A stretch of 64,000 nucleotides of DNA from an uncultured virus (IMG/VR IMGVR_UViG_3300036715_000622) (IMGVR_UViG_3300036715_000622), one strand, 5' to 3'. Counted from the stretch's first letter, positions 37,547 to 47,147 are shown. Notes: generated by a model from the letters alone, not told the origin. Numbers and translations: made by a program.

Positions 37547-39184
37547 ATGGCAAAAATTACCAGTAAAACTGGCTTAGTTGTAGGTACGGAACTTACTGTA
37601 AATACAACAACAAAGAAAATTACACTTAATGTAGCAGGTAATCTAGTAGCAAAAGACGGTGTATCATGGCAGGCACTGTACTCAAAGATGGTAGATCTAT
37701 GGACTACTTCAGCATATAACGATTTCCCATTCCCATTTTATGCATTGGACGTATTATCTGGTCAATACTTAATGGGTACAGATGGTGCTACGTATAATGG
37801 CTGGACGTTCTCTGATGATGCTTCTCGTGGGTATCTACGAGACGGTGGTTGGTCTGAGTATAATGCTAGTGGTGTTCTAGCACGTCAATATGCTGGTATG
37901 ATATCTCTTGGTACTGTATCAGCAGGATCTCAATTATACTACCAAACTACCCCTACAGGTGCTGCAACTAACTTCTTATATACTGATGCAGTAAACCAAG
38001 GTGTTCAAGTTTACGGGGATAATACGGCGGATTCAACTACAACAACCTTTAATACTCGTACATTCTTCAAAGGATTTGTACGTGAGTATGCTAAAAAGTA
38101 TAAGGACTCTGTATTAGCAGATACTGGTAAAACAGGTACTGGTGCTAATATTGTTAACTTACTACTAGCTAATGAAACTGATCTAGATATTACTGTTGCT
38201 GATGCTGGTATTACTGCATTACCATACTCAGAAATTAATGTAAAGTATTTCCCTACTAGTTTTAATAAAGATATTGATACCTCTGGAAGTCCTAGAGCAT
38301 TTGGTATTGTAATAGATGTTGGTACGCACTCAGGTGTTGATGGAACTGGAGCTAGTGGAGCTAGTGCATTGACTAGTGCTGCTGCTGGTATTAATATTTC
38401 TACCTATTATGGTGGTACTCTTACTATACATAATGGAGCAGCTAAGGGTATATATACTATTGCTGGCACCGGAGGCTCAGCTACAAGTATTCCAATCACG
38501 ACTACACTATCAGGTGCCGCCAGCAACGCGTCTTTTACGTTACAACGTGCTGCTCCAGTATCTGCATCATTACAGCAAATCTATACTAAGATTCAGTATC
38601 AATTACGCCAAAATAGTAATATTAACGGACTTGCTTCTGCTGGAGCAGTGACTGGTAAAACAGGTTCACTACTACTTAACTTCGTGGGCCCTGCACTGAA
38701 AGCTGGCTTCTACGCTCCTACTAATCCTAATGGCGGCGGTAGTGGTGTAACAATTATGGGTTATGCTTCTTCTGATGTTAATAGCTTTACATCATATGAT
38801 AATACAGGTGCAACTCGTGATTATCCATACGCTTCGGCTGGTGCTTTAAATTTTAATGCTAACCTTACAAATGGGGGTACTGGTTACTACCGTATGTACT
38901 TTACTACTAATCCTGCTGGTAACTATGGTACTGCTTCTGCTGTAACAGTAAATGATGCTTCTGGTAGCCCAATTACTGGTACTATTACTGGTAGTACTAT
39001 CAACTTTACCTTTGATTATACAGGTAATGTACAAGGTGGAAGAACTGGTGGTACTGATGCTAATGTTACAGTAGTTGCTGGTAATGCATCACATGCTAAA
39101 CCAGTAGTAGCTACAGGAACTATCAGTGCTTCTAAATCGATCTCAATATCATTAGTTGCTGAGACTGACCGCGCTTACGCGTAA
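37547..39184 (+). CDS. Putative virion structural protein
   Basis: 545 aa, Thr/Gly-rich; strong codon bias like the capsid and tail genes; followed by a terminator. Confidence 0.75.
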   Translation: MAKITSKTGLVVGTELTVNTTTKKITLNVAGNLVAKDGVSWQALYSKMVDLWTTSAYNDFPFPFYALDVLSGQYLMGTDGATYNGWTFSDDASRGYLRDGGWSEYNASGVLARQYAGMISLGTVSAGSQLYYQTTPTGAATNFLYTDAVNQGVQVYGDNTADSTTTTFNTRTFFKGFVREYAKKYKDSVLADTGKTGTGANIVNLLLANETDLDITVADAGITALPYSEINVKYFPTSFNKDIDTSGSPRAFGIVIDVGTHSGVDGTGASGASALTSAAAGINISTYYGGTLTIHNGAAKGIYTIAGTGGSATSIPITTTLSGAASNASFTLQRAAPVSASLQQIYTKIQYQLRQNSNINGLASAGAVTGKTGSLLLNFVGPALKAGFYAPTNPNGGGSGVTIMGYASSDVNSFTSYDNTGATRDYPYASAGALNFNANLTNGGTGYYRMYFTTNPAGNYGTASAVTVNDASGSPITGTITGSTINFTFDYTGNVQGGRTGGTDANVTVVAGNASHAKPVVATGTISASKSISISLVAETDRAYA

Positions 39185-39189
39185 TAAAA

Positions 39190-39222
39190 TAAACTAAAGC
39201 ACTTCATAGTGCTTTAGTTTTT
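39190..39222 (+). terminator. Intrinsic terminator
   Basis: AAACTAAAGCACT-TCAT-AGTGCTTTAGTTT. Confidence 0.7.
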
Positions 39223-39237
39223 AATTAAAGGAAAAAT

Positions 39238-40827
39238 ATGTCGGAGCATCACTTAAGATTTCCACCAGATAGTACAGGTAAACGTGTAGGACATAGTGTC
39301 TACGTGGATGTTGACTTCAATAATGGAACAATTCCATTTATTAGAGGTGAAAGGATATCTTCACCCATTTCATTAGTTAGTGGCACAATTATTAAAGTTG
39401 ATGGTAACACACAGAATGGATCAATTTATGTTCTATTGGACAGTGAGTCTCCAGAAACTTTTAGTATTGGTGAAGCCATTCAGGTCGGAGGCGTAACAAA
39501 GGCACTTGCATCTAGTGCCGGTATTCCAATTTATAACCAAATAGTAACAATAGCTGGACAAAATAACCCAAAATCTGGGTTGCATGTTGATTTTAAAGGG
39601 GCAGCATCTGTTCGATTTACAGAAGGCGAACCACAATTTGATGCGTATGGCAGAATGGGTATTTCTGCTCCAGAAACTGTAGCAGAATATACTCTAAGGT
39701 ACGATGATCTTGCTAATAAATTTACAACATTATTGACTGGTGGTGGAACATCTACATTTAACGCAACTCAGCACTCTATAGTACTTTCTTGCGGTACAGC
39801 AAGTGGTGATAAAGTTATTCGTAGATCAAATATATGGCATAAAAACCAAACAGGTATTTCCCAATTAGTCGAAATGTCTGTTTTGGTGGGCGATTCGGGC
39901 AAAACTGGTGTTCGTAGATCTTGGGGGTATTATGATGATAATTCAGGCATTCGTTTTGAATTAGTAAATGATATACTTTATGCAGTGTGGAGATCAAAAA
40001 CCTCGGGAAGTTTGCTTGAGATTCGTGTCCCTCAAACTGAATGGAACTTTGATAGACTAGATGGGTCTTTGGGTGAATTTAACTTATCGGGTCAAACATT
40101 AGACTTGACTAAAATCAATAATTTCTGGGTTGACTTGATGTGCTCGGCCGGGACAGCTCGATGTGGTGTTATTATTGATAATGTGCGTATTATTTGTCAT
40201 AAGTTTGCTATTGGAAATGTATATTCAACAGAGCATTTAATAGTTGGAACTCTTCCTCTTACATGGGAACAGGAAAATATTAGTTCAACTTCTTCGTCTT
40301 CTGAATTTAGAGTATATTGCTCTATTGTTAAGAGTGAAGGCGATATGTCCTCACCATATAAAACATTTGCGGCAGATAATGGATCTAATGTTAGTGTAGC
40401 TAGTGATGTAACTTATGTTCCAATCTTTTCTGGTCGCGCTAAACAATTATTTAAAACAAGTGATAATAGATCGTATGCTCTCCCATCATCATTAGATGTT
40501 ATAGCATTAAATGCTCCAATTATTATAGAACTTGTTAAAAATTCTACATTAACTGGAGCGACATGGACCGGTGATGCTGGAACAGAGTCGTGTATGGAAA
40601 CAGATACGGCAGCAACAATTTCAACTGGTGGCACAGTCCTTTGTAGTCATCTTGTTAATGGATCTAAAGATATTTCATTAACTAATTTTTTTAATAATGA
40701 TGGTGAACTTATTTCTAGGAAAGCAGTTATTACAGATGCACCTGACATATATACTATTAGAGCAAAGTTAATGGCTGCAGGAACTGCAGCATCTGTTAGA
40801 GTTGCAATAACCTGGAAGGAAATGTAA
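39238..40827 (+). CDS. Putative virion structural protein (lectin-like beta-sandwich candidate)
   Basis: DAYGR...S.P; WGY.D..GI.F; Q..WN.D.LDG; G..R.G pattern. Confidence 0.65.
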   Translation: MSEHHLRFPPDSTGKRVGHSVYVDVDFNNGTIPFIRGERISSPISLVSGTIIKVDGNTQNGSIYVLLDSESPETFSIGEAIQVGGVTKALASSAGIPIYNQIVTIAGQNNPKSGLHVDFKGAASVRFTEGEPQFDAYGRMGISAPETVAEYTLRYDDLANKFTTLLTGGGTSTFNATQHSIVLSCGTASGDKVIRRSNIWHKNQTGISQLVEMSVLVGDSGKTGVRRSWGYYDDNSGIRFELVNDILYAVWRSKTSGSLLEIRVPQTEWNFDRLDGSLGEFNLSGQTLDLTKINNFWVDLMCSAGTARCGVIIDNVRIICHKFAIGNVYSTEHLIVGTLPLTWEQENISSTSSSSEFRVYCSIVKSEGDMSSPYKTFAADNGSNVSVASDVTYVPIFSGRAKQLFKTSDNRSYALPSSLDVIALNAPIIIELVKNSTLTGATWTGDAGTESCMETDTAATISTGGTVLCSHLVNGSKDISLTNFFNNDGELISRKAVITDAPDIYTIRAKLMAAGTAASVRVAITWKEM

Positions 40828-41363
40828 TGTATGCTAGTTGGGACTATTGGCAGCTATATCAGAAGGTAACTTTTGATGGTATCAATAAACTGATTACTGT
40901 TAATGATGGTGTTATCAATCTAGATATACGTAGGGATGTATATTCAGCATGGGTTAGATGGATAGAACTAGGCACTAACACTAGTTTCCTACCTGCTATT
41001 AGATATGCTGGATTAGATCCTATTCCAGGAGGATTTACTGGTGATACATACTTCCTGATTAATGGTTGGAAGTTAATTATTGACCTTACTACCGTATCGG
41101 TAACAGGGGTTTTATTTTCGGATGATTATAATACTGCGTATTACTCTGCTTCATTAAAACCTCAATACCCAGCAGTTGTAGCATCTCTAGTTAGTACAGT
41201 AACCAATACTGTATATCAAAATATAGTTACTGGTACTGTACCTACTCCCGCTGAAATTAGTACTGCAGTATGGGATTCACCAGCTACTAACGTACCTGGT
41301 AGCTTCGGCGAGTTAATATCTAAAAAGATGTTAACTATTGCTAAATTTTTAGGACTTAAATAA
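40827..41363 (+). CDS. Putative virion structural protein
   Basis: VTFDG.NKLI...DVYSAW..W...YFLINGWK...AEISTAVW. Confidence 0.65.
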   Translation: MYASWDYWQLYQKVTFDGINKLITVNDGVINLDIRRDVYSAWVRWIELGTNTSFLPAIRYAGLDPIPGGFTGDTYFLINGWKLIIDLTTVSVTGVLFSDDYNTAYYSASLKPQYPAVVASLVSTVTNTVYQNIVTGTVPTPAEISTAVWDSPATNVPGSFGELISKKMLTIAKFLGLK

Positions 41364-41689
41364 TGACCTTATCTGATCTGATTAGAGCACTTAAAGCAGG
41401 TGAAGAGTTAGAGAATTCTACTACTTGGAAAAATATACAGGCAACTGCCAATTCTTCAGCTGTAGTACTGGCAGCAATAGTGGCAGCATTTAAAATGGTA
41501 GGAATTGAATTGCATGTTACTCCTGAAGAACTTACTTATATTGCTAGTGGTGTTGCTGGGGTTCTCGGGGTGTTCAACACTTACGCTACAATTGCCACTA
41601 GCAAGAAGGTTGGAATACCAGTGTCACCCAGCGTTGCAGATACTCCTAATACCAAATCCAACCTTGAAAGACTTGACGAACCATTTTGA
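41363..41689 (+). CDS. Putative holin
   Basis: Two TM segments; TIATSKKVG; upstream of endolysin. Confidence 0.6.
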   Translation: MTLSDLIRALKAGEELENSTTWKNIQATANSSAVVLAAIVAAFKMVGIELHVTPEELTYIASGVAGVLGVFNTYATIATSKKVGIPVSPSVADTPNTKSNLERLDEPF

Positions 41690-41726
41690 TGGTTTATACC
41701 TATATTTAAAATGTAAGGAGAAGTAA

Positions 41727-41948
41727 ATGAACGGTCTTGATATTATCAAATTAATCCCCTCAATTATTGCAGCAATTAAAGCAATTGAGGAAGCAATTCC
41801 CAGCGCCGGAGCTGGGGAACAGAAACTAGAAGCAGTACGTGGTATCCTAGAATCTCTAGATGAAACTATTGTGCCAGTATGGCCAAAGATTGAAGGCATT
41901 ATTAAAACCTTAGTTGCATTGTTTAATAGCACTATTTGGAAGAAATAG
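41727..41948 (+). CDS. Small lysis-cassette-associated protein
   Basis: AAGGAG SD; G.G.QKL..V motif; between holin and endolysin. Confidence 0.6.
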   Translation: MNGLDIIKLIPSIIAAIKAIEEAIPSAGAGEQKLEAVRGILESLDETIVPVWPKIEGIIKTLVALFNSTIWKK

Positions 41949-41949
41949 C

Positions 41950-42276
41950 ATGAATCTAGGACAAGAGCAACAACTATTTTCTAGAGATCTATGTACTCTA
42001 ATGCAGAAAGCTTTTGAACTAGGGTATGAAATACGCATGGGTGAAGTAGAGCGCCCATTAGAAATGCAAGAGTTATATGTTAAAACTGGTAAAAGTAAAA
42101 CAATGGACTCTATGCACTTAAAAAAGTGTGCTGCAGATTTACATTTTACTAAAAATGGTGAACTATGCTACCCCCAGGAACTTGGTGATTTTTGGGAAAC
42201 CTTAAGTCCAATTAACTCATGGGGTGGTAATTGGAAATCTTTTAAAGACTCTCCACACTTTGAAAGAAAAGTTTAA
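41950..42276 (+). CDS. Endolysin, M15 family (L-Ala-D-Glu) peptidase
   Basis: R..EMQ..Y..G.SKTMDS.H....AADL...WGGNW.SF.D.PHFE. Confidence 0.88.
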   Translation: MNLGQEQQLFSRDLCTLMQKAFELGYEIRMGEVERPLEMQELYVKTGKSKTMDSMHLKKCAADLHFTKNGELCYPQELGDFWETLSPINSWGGNWKSFKDSPHFERKV

Positions 42277-42295
42277 TAACTAATAAGGATAATGT

Positions 42296-43015
42296 ATGTC
42301 CTCAAGTAAGCGTGCACGTAATAAAGCATCAGCTAAATCAGTTTATGGCCGCAACAAGGAAATCTTAGCAGAAACACCGTACAGTAATAATAGTTTTGAT
42401 CCTGTTATACCTAAAAATTATGCTCAGGGTCAATACCTAGATAGTATTATTAGAAATCAGATAACCTTTGCTACTGGCCCTGCTGGTACTGGTAAGTCTT
42501 ATATTGCTACATCATACGCAGCAGAACAATTATTTTATAAAAAAATTGATAAGCTTATTATTACTCGTCCAGCTGTAGAAGCAGGTGAAAGTATGGGGTT
42601 CTTACCAGGGGAACTACAAGAAAAGTATGCCCCGTATCTTGCACCTTTCAGGGATATTTTAGATAAACACCTAGGTAAAAGTTTTGTTGATTACTTAATT
42701 AAAGTTAATGTAATAGAACCCGTACCTATTGGTTTCATGCGTGGACGCACGTTTAAAAATGCGCTAGTTATTATTATGGAGTCACAGAACACTACACCGG
42801 AACAAATGAAGTTAATACTTTCCCGTATCGGTGAGGGGTGTAAAATAATAGTAGAGGGAGATATTACACAAAAAGATATTTTAGGGCTATCTGGACTAGA
42901 GGATGCAATTAATAGGCTATCACATATTACTGGAGTAGATACTGTTAATTTTCTAACTAGTGATATTGTACGTTCAGGGTTATGCCGTAAGATTATTCAA
43001 GCATATGATAACTAA
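42296..43015 (+). CDS. phoH: PhoH-family ATPase
   Basis: GPAGTGKS, ITRPAVEAGE.MGFLPG, FMRGRTF, GD.TQ.D, DIVRS. Confidence 0.95.
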   Translation: MSSSKRARNKASAKSVYGRNKEILAETPYSNNSFDPVIPKNYAQGQYLDSIIRNQITFATGPAGTGKSYIATSYAAEQLFYKKIDKLIITRPAVEAGESMGFLPGELQEKYAPYLAPFRDILDKHLGKSFVDYLIKVNVIEPVPIGFMRGRTFKNALVIIMESQNTTPEQMKLILSRIGEGCKIIVEGDITQKDILGLSGLEDAINRLSHITGVDTVNFLTSDIVRSGLCRKIIQAYDN

Positions 43016-43023
43016 GGATTACT

Positions 43024-43113
43024 ATGATATACCGATGCCCAAAATGTGGGTGTTTATTTTCAAAGATATACCCGTGGCAAGAAGTATGCTTTAAGTGTGA
43101 TGCTGAAGCGTAA
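43024..43113 (+). CDS. 29-aa zinc-ribbon microprotein
   Basis: MIYRCPKCGCLFSKIYPWQEVCFKCDAEA; AAGGA SD. Confidence 0.5.
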   Translation: MIYRCPKCGCLFSKIYPWQEVCFKCDAEA

Positions 43114-43118
43114 AGAAT

Positions 43119-43156
43119 AAAAAAGCCCTAACCTAGCAATAGGTTAGGGCTTTTTT
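43119..43156. terminator. Bidirectional terminator between the late and early modules
   Basis: AAAAAAGCCCTAACCTA-GCAA-TAGGTTAGGGCTTTTTT. Confidence 0.9.
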
Positions 43157-43158
43157 AT

Positions 43159-43614
43159 TTAATTACCTGTCGAACCAAACCCACCTGTGCCACGCTCCGT
43201 ACTAGAGGAGAACTCCTCAACTTCGCTAAATTCGGCACGTATAATAGGGATACATATCATTTGAGCAATACGTTCACCGGGTTCAATTGTAATGTATTTC
43301 TCTTTATTTCTATTAAGTATAGAAACCATCAGTTGACCCTGATAATCAGAATCTATAATGCCAGTAGTATTACCTAGTACTTTACCCTCTTTGTGACCTT
43401 TTCCACTTCTAGGAAATATCATAGCAACTATATCTTCTTCTACTGGTTGCATATTAATAGCTAGACCAGTAGGTATAAGTGCTGTTTCTAATGGTGGTAT
43501 TTCAATAACTTTATCAATACAAGCTGCTAAATCCACCCCCGCAGAGTCTACTGTAGCGTACTTTGGAATTACTGCCCGTTGATCTAACTTTTTAATTTCT
43601 ATATTTCTAAGCAT
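43159..43614 (-). CDS. dut: Trimeric dUTPase
   Basis: SAGVDL, PRSG, GIIDSDYQG, RIAQ, RGTGGFGSTG. Confidence 0.96.
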   Translation of the reverse strand: MLRNIEIKKLDQRAVIPKYATVDSAGVDLAACIDKVIEIPPLETALIPTGLAINMQPVEEDIVAMIFPRSGKGHKEGKVLGNTTGIIDSDYQGQLMVSILNRNKEKYITIEPGERIAQMICIPIIRAEFSEVEEFSSSTERGTGGFGSTGN

Positions 43615-43793
43615 TAGTACTCTCCATCATTGCTAAACCACTTACCTTTGAATTTTATTGTCATATTGCCTACTATACACTTACGCATAGGTGTACCACA
43701 CTTTTTGCATTTAACTTCTGGTTTCTCAGCAATTTTATGCTGTACTTCTTTAGTACTATCACATACTACACATTGATATTCGTATAAAGGCAT
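43614..43793 (-). CDS. FmdB-family zinc-ribbon protein, 59 aa
   Basis: MPLYEYQCVVC...CKKCG..MRK.....IKFKGKWF. Confidence 0.8.
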   Translation of the reverse strand: MPLYEYQCVVCDSTKEVQHKIAEKPEVKCKKCGTPMRKCIVGNMTIKFKGKWFSNDGEY

Positions 43794-44650
43794 TATAAAC
43801 CCTCTAGTTCAAATATTTTACGATACTGAATCCATCCTACAAAATTACCAGAGTGTTGATACTTATTATCTGCTGGAGTAGCCTGATGCTCGATAGGAGA
43901 AGCATGAACTGGATCATTAGCACCTAGTGTATGACCCCTCTTATCTGTATATGGTCTAGTAACTAACATATTGTATAGTTCTAAATCATCTTCTATAGAT
44001 GGTTTATTACCATCATGTTTCATATAGCTAACTCTAGCACAGCGTGCAGCACTCATTTTTATTAGGTTATTAAAAGTGCCAAGAGCTTTTTGTGTAAGTA
44101 TTTCATCTTCTGATACATATGGTAAATGCCATTCACCAAGCATTAGTGTCTTAGGCTGACTCATATCCATAGCTACATGCATACTGGAGGCTAAAGCTTG
44201 AATCTCTGGTTGTGCATCTTTATGCTCCCTTAACATAAAGAAGTTATCCCACTCAGTGGCAGTAACTACAACATGAATATGCTGGAAAGGCTCAAGAATA
44301 CGATTAACTACTTGCTTATGTATACCCATATCATTCATAATTGTGGCAATACTAACAGCCTGTTTAGATGCCTCTAGCCACAGTGCTTTAGGGCCTTCTA
44401 TATTTGATACCTCACTATTAGCTTGCATACCTGGCTGATTTGCACCCCAATGTATGGGCATGGCTGGGTTTAATTGCACATTTTTAATAACTGTACTTAC
44501 TGGAATAGCACGACTAGAACTAGCATTCCTACTAAAAAGACGATGAGTCATAAATTCAGAATGAATAAACCGTGGGTATACCAATTGCATCGTAGTGATT
44601 CGTTTACCTGTATAAGCTACACTATCAGCTATAATTTTTGCTTCTATCAT
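43793..44650 (-). CDS. thyX: Flavin-dependent thymidylate synthase
   Basis: PRFIHSEFMTHRLFSRNASSSRAIP, HKQ..NR.LEPF, AQPEI, SAARCARVSY, HASP.EH. Confidence 0.9.
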   Translation of the reverse strand: MIEAKIIADSVAYTGKRITTMQLVYPRFIHSEFMTHRLFSRNASSSRAIPVSTVIKNVQLNPAMPIHWGANQPGMQANSEVSNIEGPKALWLEASKQAVSIATIMNDMGIHKQVVNRILEPFQHIHVVVTATEWDNFFMLREHKDAQPEIQALASSMHVAMDMSQPKTLMLGEWHLPYVSEDEILTQKALGTFNNLIKMSAARCARVSYMKHDGNKPSIEDDLELYNMLVTRPYTDKRGHTLGANDPVHASPIEHQATPADNKYQHSGNFVGWIQYRKIFELEGL

Positions 44651-44814
44651 AGTACAGTTTCCTTGTATTTTTTAATCTTACTTAACCAGTTTGGAAAGAC
44701 TCTATGCATATATACTTTACATATCGGACATTTTACTATAGGTTCTTGTGGTTCCTGGTACTCTACACCTTTATGTTTACCACATTCACGGCAATAATAG
44801 GTAGTATACGTCAT
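44647..44814 (-). CDS. Zinc-ribbon protein, 55 aa
   Basis: YYCRECG...KCPICKVYM.RV; ATGA overlaps at both ends. Confidence 0.65.
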   Translation of the reverse strand: MTYTTYYCRECGKHKGVEYQEPQEPIVKCPICKVYMHRVFPNWLSKIKKYKETVL

Positions 44815-45659
44815 ATTAGGTACTTCTCTAAAACATTATCAATAATAGCACAGTTATCTACTCCAATTGCATCTTTGCAATAAGTTACTAGATCCATTAA
44901 CTGATAGTTTAATAATATCCTATCTTTACACTTATTAAGTGATTGAATATACTTATATTTACTACTAATGGGTATTGCAGTGGCAATATCAAACGCACTA
45001 CCATATTCTTTGATTAAGTCCATAGCACGCTTAGGTCCAATACCTTCAACACCTTTTATGTTATCACCGGCATCACCCATTAGACACTTGATTGAGATAT
45101 ACTCATCAATATCCCAGTCATAGTGTGTTGCCCAATTATCTAAAGTTACTTCCTTTCTAGTTACATAGGAGAAGCGATTAATACCCTGACCAATTAATAG
45201 ATCCCAATCACGATCTGAGCTAATAAGCCAAACATCTGTAATAGGATACTTATTAATTTTCTGTACTATGTATGCTGCAATATCATCAGCTTCAACACCT
45301 TTGAACCTTAGTAGGGGGTATATGCCCTCAGCTTCAATAGTCATTAGCACACGATTAAACTCTTCAAAAAATGCAGCAAATTCTGCAGCCTCTTCCTCAG
45401 TTTGTTCAGCATATTTTTCTACACGATTTTGCTTATACTCTGGGTATAGCCCTTTACGATACGTACTACTACCAGCATCACTAGTAATTATAACTTTTGA
45501 GGCTTTATAGGATTTCTTTAAGCTTTCAACCACTTTTAAGTAATCATCAACAAAATCCGTACTCTTTGCATGTAAGTATCTAAAAGAAAGGTTTAATGCA
45601 TCCACTATCATTAAACATGATTCATTACTTTCTGCTACTTTAGTAAAGCTTTTACTCAA
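44811..45659 (-). CDS. D15: Flap endonuclease / 5'-3' exonuclease (T5 D15-like)
   Basis: IVDALNL.FR, YPEYK.NR, GVEADD, SSDRDWD, GD.GDNIKGVEGIGPKRA; TTG start. Confidence 0.95.
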   Translation of the reverse strand: MSKSFTKVAESNESCLMIVDALNLSFRYLHAKSTDFVDDYLKVVESLKKSYKASKVIITSDAGSSTYRKGLYPEYKQNRVEKYAEQTEEEAAEFAAFFEEFNRVLMTIEAEGIYPLLRFKGVEADDIAAYIVQKINKYPITDVWLISSDRDWDLLIGQGINRFSYVTRKEVTLDNWATHYDWDIDEYISIKCLMGDAGDNIKGVEGIGPKRAMDLIKEYGSAFDIATAIPISSKYKYIQSLNKCKDRILLNYQLMDLVTYCKDAIGVDNCAIIDNVLEKYLI

Positions 45660-45749
45660 TTTATTTCCTTTTAAAAACTGGTTGATATGTGAGTTCTACA
45701 TCAGATTCCGGAATTATATACCCATCCTCTACTATATGCCTATTTTTTA

Positions 45750-46202
45750 TCAATTAAACTTAATCTCCTCGTGTTTAAGCCAATCATCTAATTTAGCAAC
45801 ATAGAACTGATGTTCACCAGTATTAATAAACATATAACGGTATGCTTCTGTACTAGGAGGCTCTTTAAATCCCACAAACCACTTTGATCTATCGTGCTTA
45901 AAGATTAATAAAGGTTTTCTACTAATTTGTGCAGCTTCTCTAATCGTCTGTATCCACCACTCCTCAATCTGCGGAGTTTTATCAGTGAGAATATTAGAAG
46001 TAAGGTGGCAGTCTTTGTAGTGCTTTACTTCTATACAATATACATTTAGAGAATTAACTAAGTATAGATCACCTTTTAACTGATGAGATTCATGTAGCGC
46101 ACCAGACATGGGCACTCGTTTAAAGTCTAATCCGCTATATGCTTTGAGGACTTTGGCAGCATCAGACTCTGCTCTTGAGCCTTTTTGTCGTGAATCCACC
46201 AT
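45750..46202 (-). CDS. D14: Holliday-junction-resolvase-like endonuclease (T5 D14-like)
   Basis: DSRQKG.RAE, RVPMSGA, LKGD, IEVKHY, WW.Q..RE. Confidence 0.88.
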   Translation of the reverse strand: MVDSRQKGSRAESDAAKVLKAYSGLDFKRVPMSGALHESHQLKGDLYLVNSLNVYCIEVKHYKDCHLTSNILTDKTPQIEEWWIQTIREAAQISRKPLLIFKHDRSKWFVGFKEPPSTEAYRYMFINTGEHQFYVAKLDDWLKHEEIKFN

Positions 46203-46447
46203 TATATACGACCTAAATCACTAATAAATTTTTCTATCGTTGGTTTATCCGCATCTATTAAGCTCCACTTTATTACATTAGGTTTAAAAAGGTGCTTCTC
46301 TACAGCCCATGCGTACATTAAATAATCATTGATTACCCTTGTAGTTCCCGTTTTTACATAGTTTTCCCTACTGGATAGCTGGCAACCGTAGTACCCCGCC
46401 CGCTTATATTCTACACCATTTATTTTATATATAATACCATTACACAC
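46202..46447 (-). CDS. Hypothetical protein
   Basis: Overlaps neighbours in the operon. Confidence 0.55.
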   Translation of the reverse strand: MCNGIIYKINGVEYKRAGYYGCQLSSRENYVKTGTTRVINDYLMYAWAVEKHLFKPNVIKWSLIDADKPTIEKFISDLGRI

Positions 46448-47147
46448 TCACTAATCTCCCGTAACTGCTCCTAGTTGCTTGCAGTAGGTGTATATTATCA
46501 GAGATACTACTAAAGAATAACTTATGCTTAATAGCAATCATTTTCATAGCCTCTGCTGATAGCATATTAATATGCCCATTCCTAGCTCCAATATACCACC
46601 AATTAATATCTGTATTTTTATTAGGCATTAGGGTGGAAAATATAATAACACCATCCTTATCTAGGTACTTCTTTAATTCTTCCACAAGTTTATCAGTATT
46701 TAAGCTATGCTCAAATACCTCAATTGCAGTAATTAACTTATATTTACCTAATACTGGTATATTATTAGAGTAAGGGTCAAATGCAGTGGAGTCCCAATTA
46801 TTATACTTGTTAAGTATATCTACCATTATTCCTGAGCCACTACCATAATCTAGATGCTTTATCTTATGATTATATTTAAAAGTTTCTAGTAAGTATTTAG
46901 CAAAATTGGTGGGTCGTACCTCTATATAATCAGGGTCATAATTAATATAATCTACATTATATATTTCATCCCCTAGTTTCTCTGGAGTCCAGGTTAACAT
47001 ATCTGGACAAAGAATAGAGTTACAATAAGTACACCTAGCATATTCCATAGGAGTCACGTTTAGTAACTCTACTCCAGTATTATTTCTATCAAATGGGATA
47101 TACCCTATAGACTCTAACTTTCCCCCACATACATAACAATTATTCAT
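46440..47147 (-). CDS. Class I SAM-dependent methyltransferase (Methyltransf_23-like) with N-terminal CxxC/CxxC
   Basis: HLDYGSGSG, FDPY, ITAIEVFEH, G.IIFST, WWYI..RNGHI. Confidence 0.85.
   Translation of the reverse strand: MNNCYVCGGKLESIGYIPFDRNNTGVELLNVTPMEYARCTYCNSILCPDMLTWTPEKLGDEIYNVDYINYDPDYIEVRPTNFAKYLLETFKYNHKIKHLDYGSGSGIMVDILNKYNNWDSTAFDPYSNNIPVLGKYKLITAIEVFEHSLNTDKLVEELKKYLDKDGVIIFSTLMPNKNTDINWWYIGARNGHINMLSAEAMKMIAIKHKLFFSSISDNIHLLQATRSSYGRLVSV

Noticed and set aside
29490..41363. Diversity-generating retroelement or invertible tail-fibre cassette
   Set aside because: No reverse transcriptase, recombinase, TR/VR pair or flanking inverted repeats were seen.
41505..41726. Overlapping ORF with LLGFSGC as a possible o-spanin lipoprotein
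   Set aside because: It has a hydrophobic stretch and lipobox-like Cys, but a weak TTG start and it is embedded in a holin-like gene rather than an i-spanin. Not supportable without SignalP or homology evidence.
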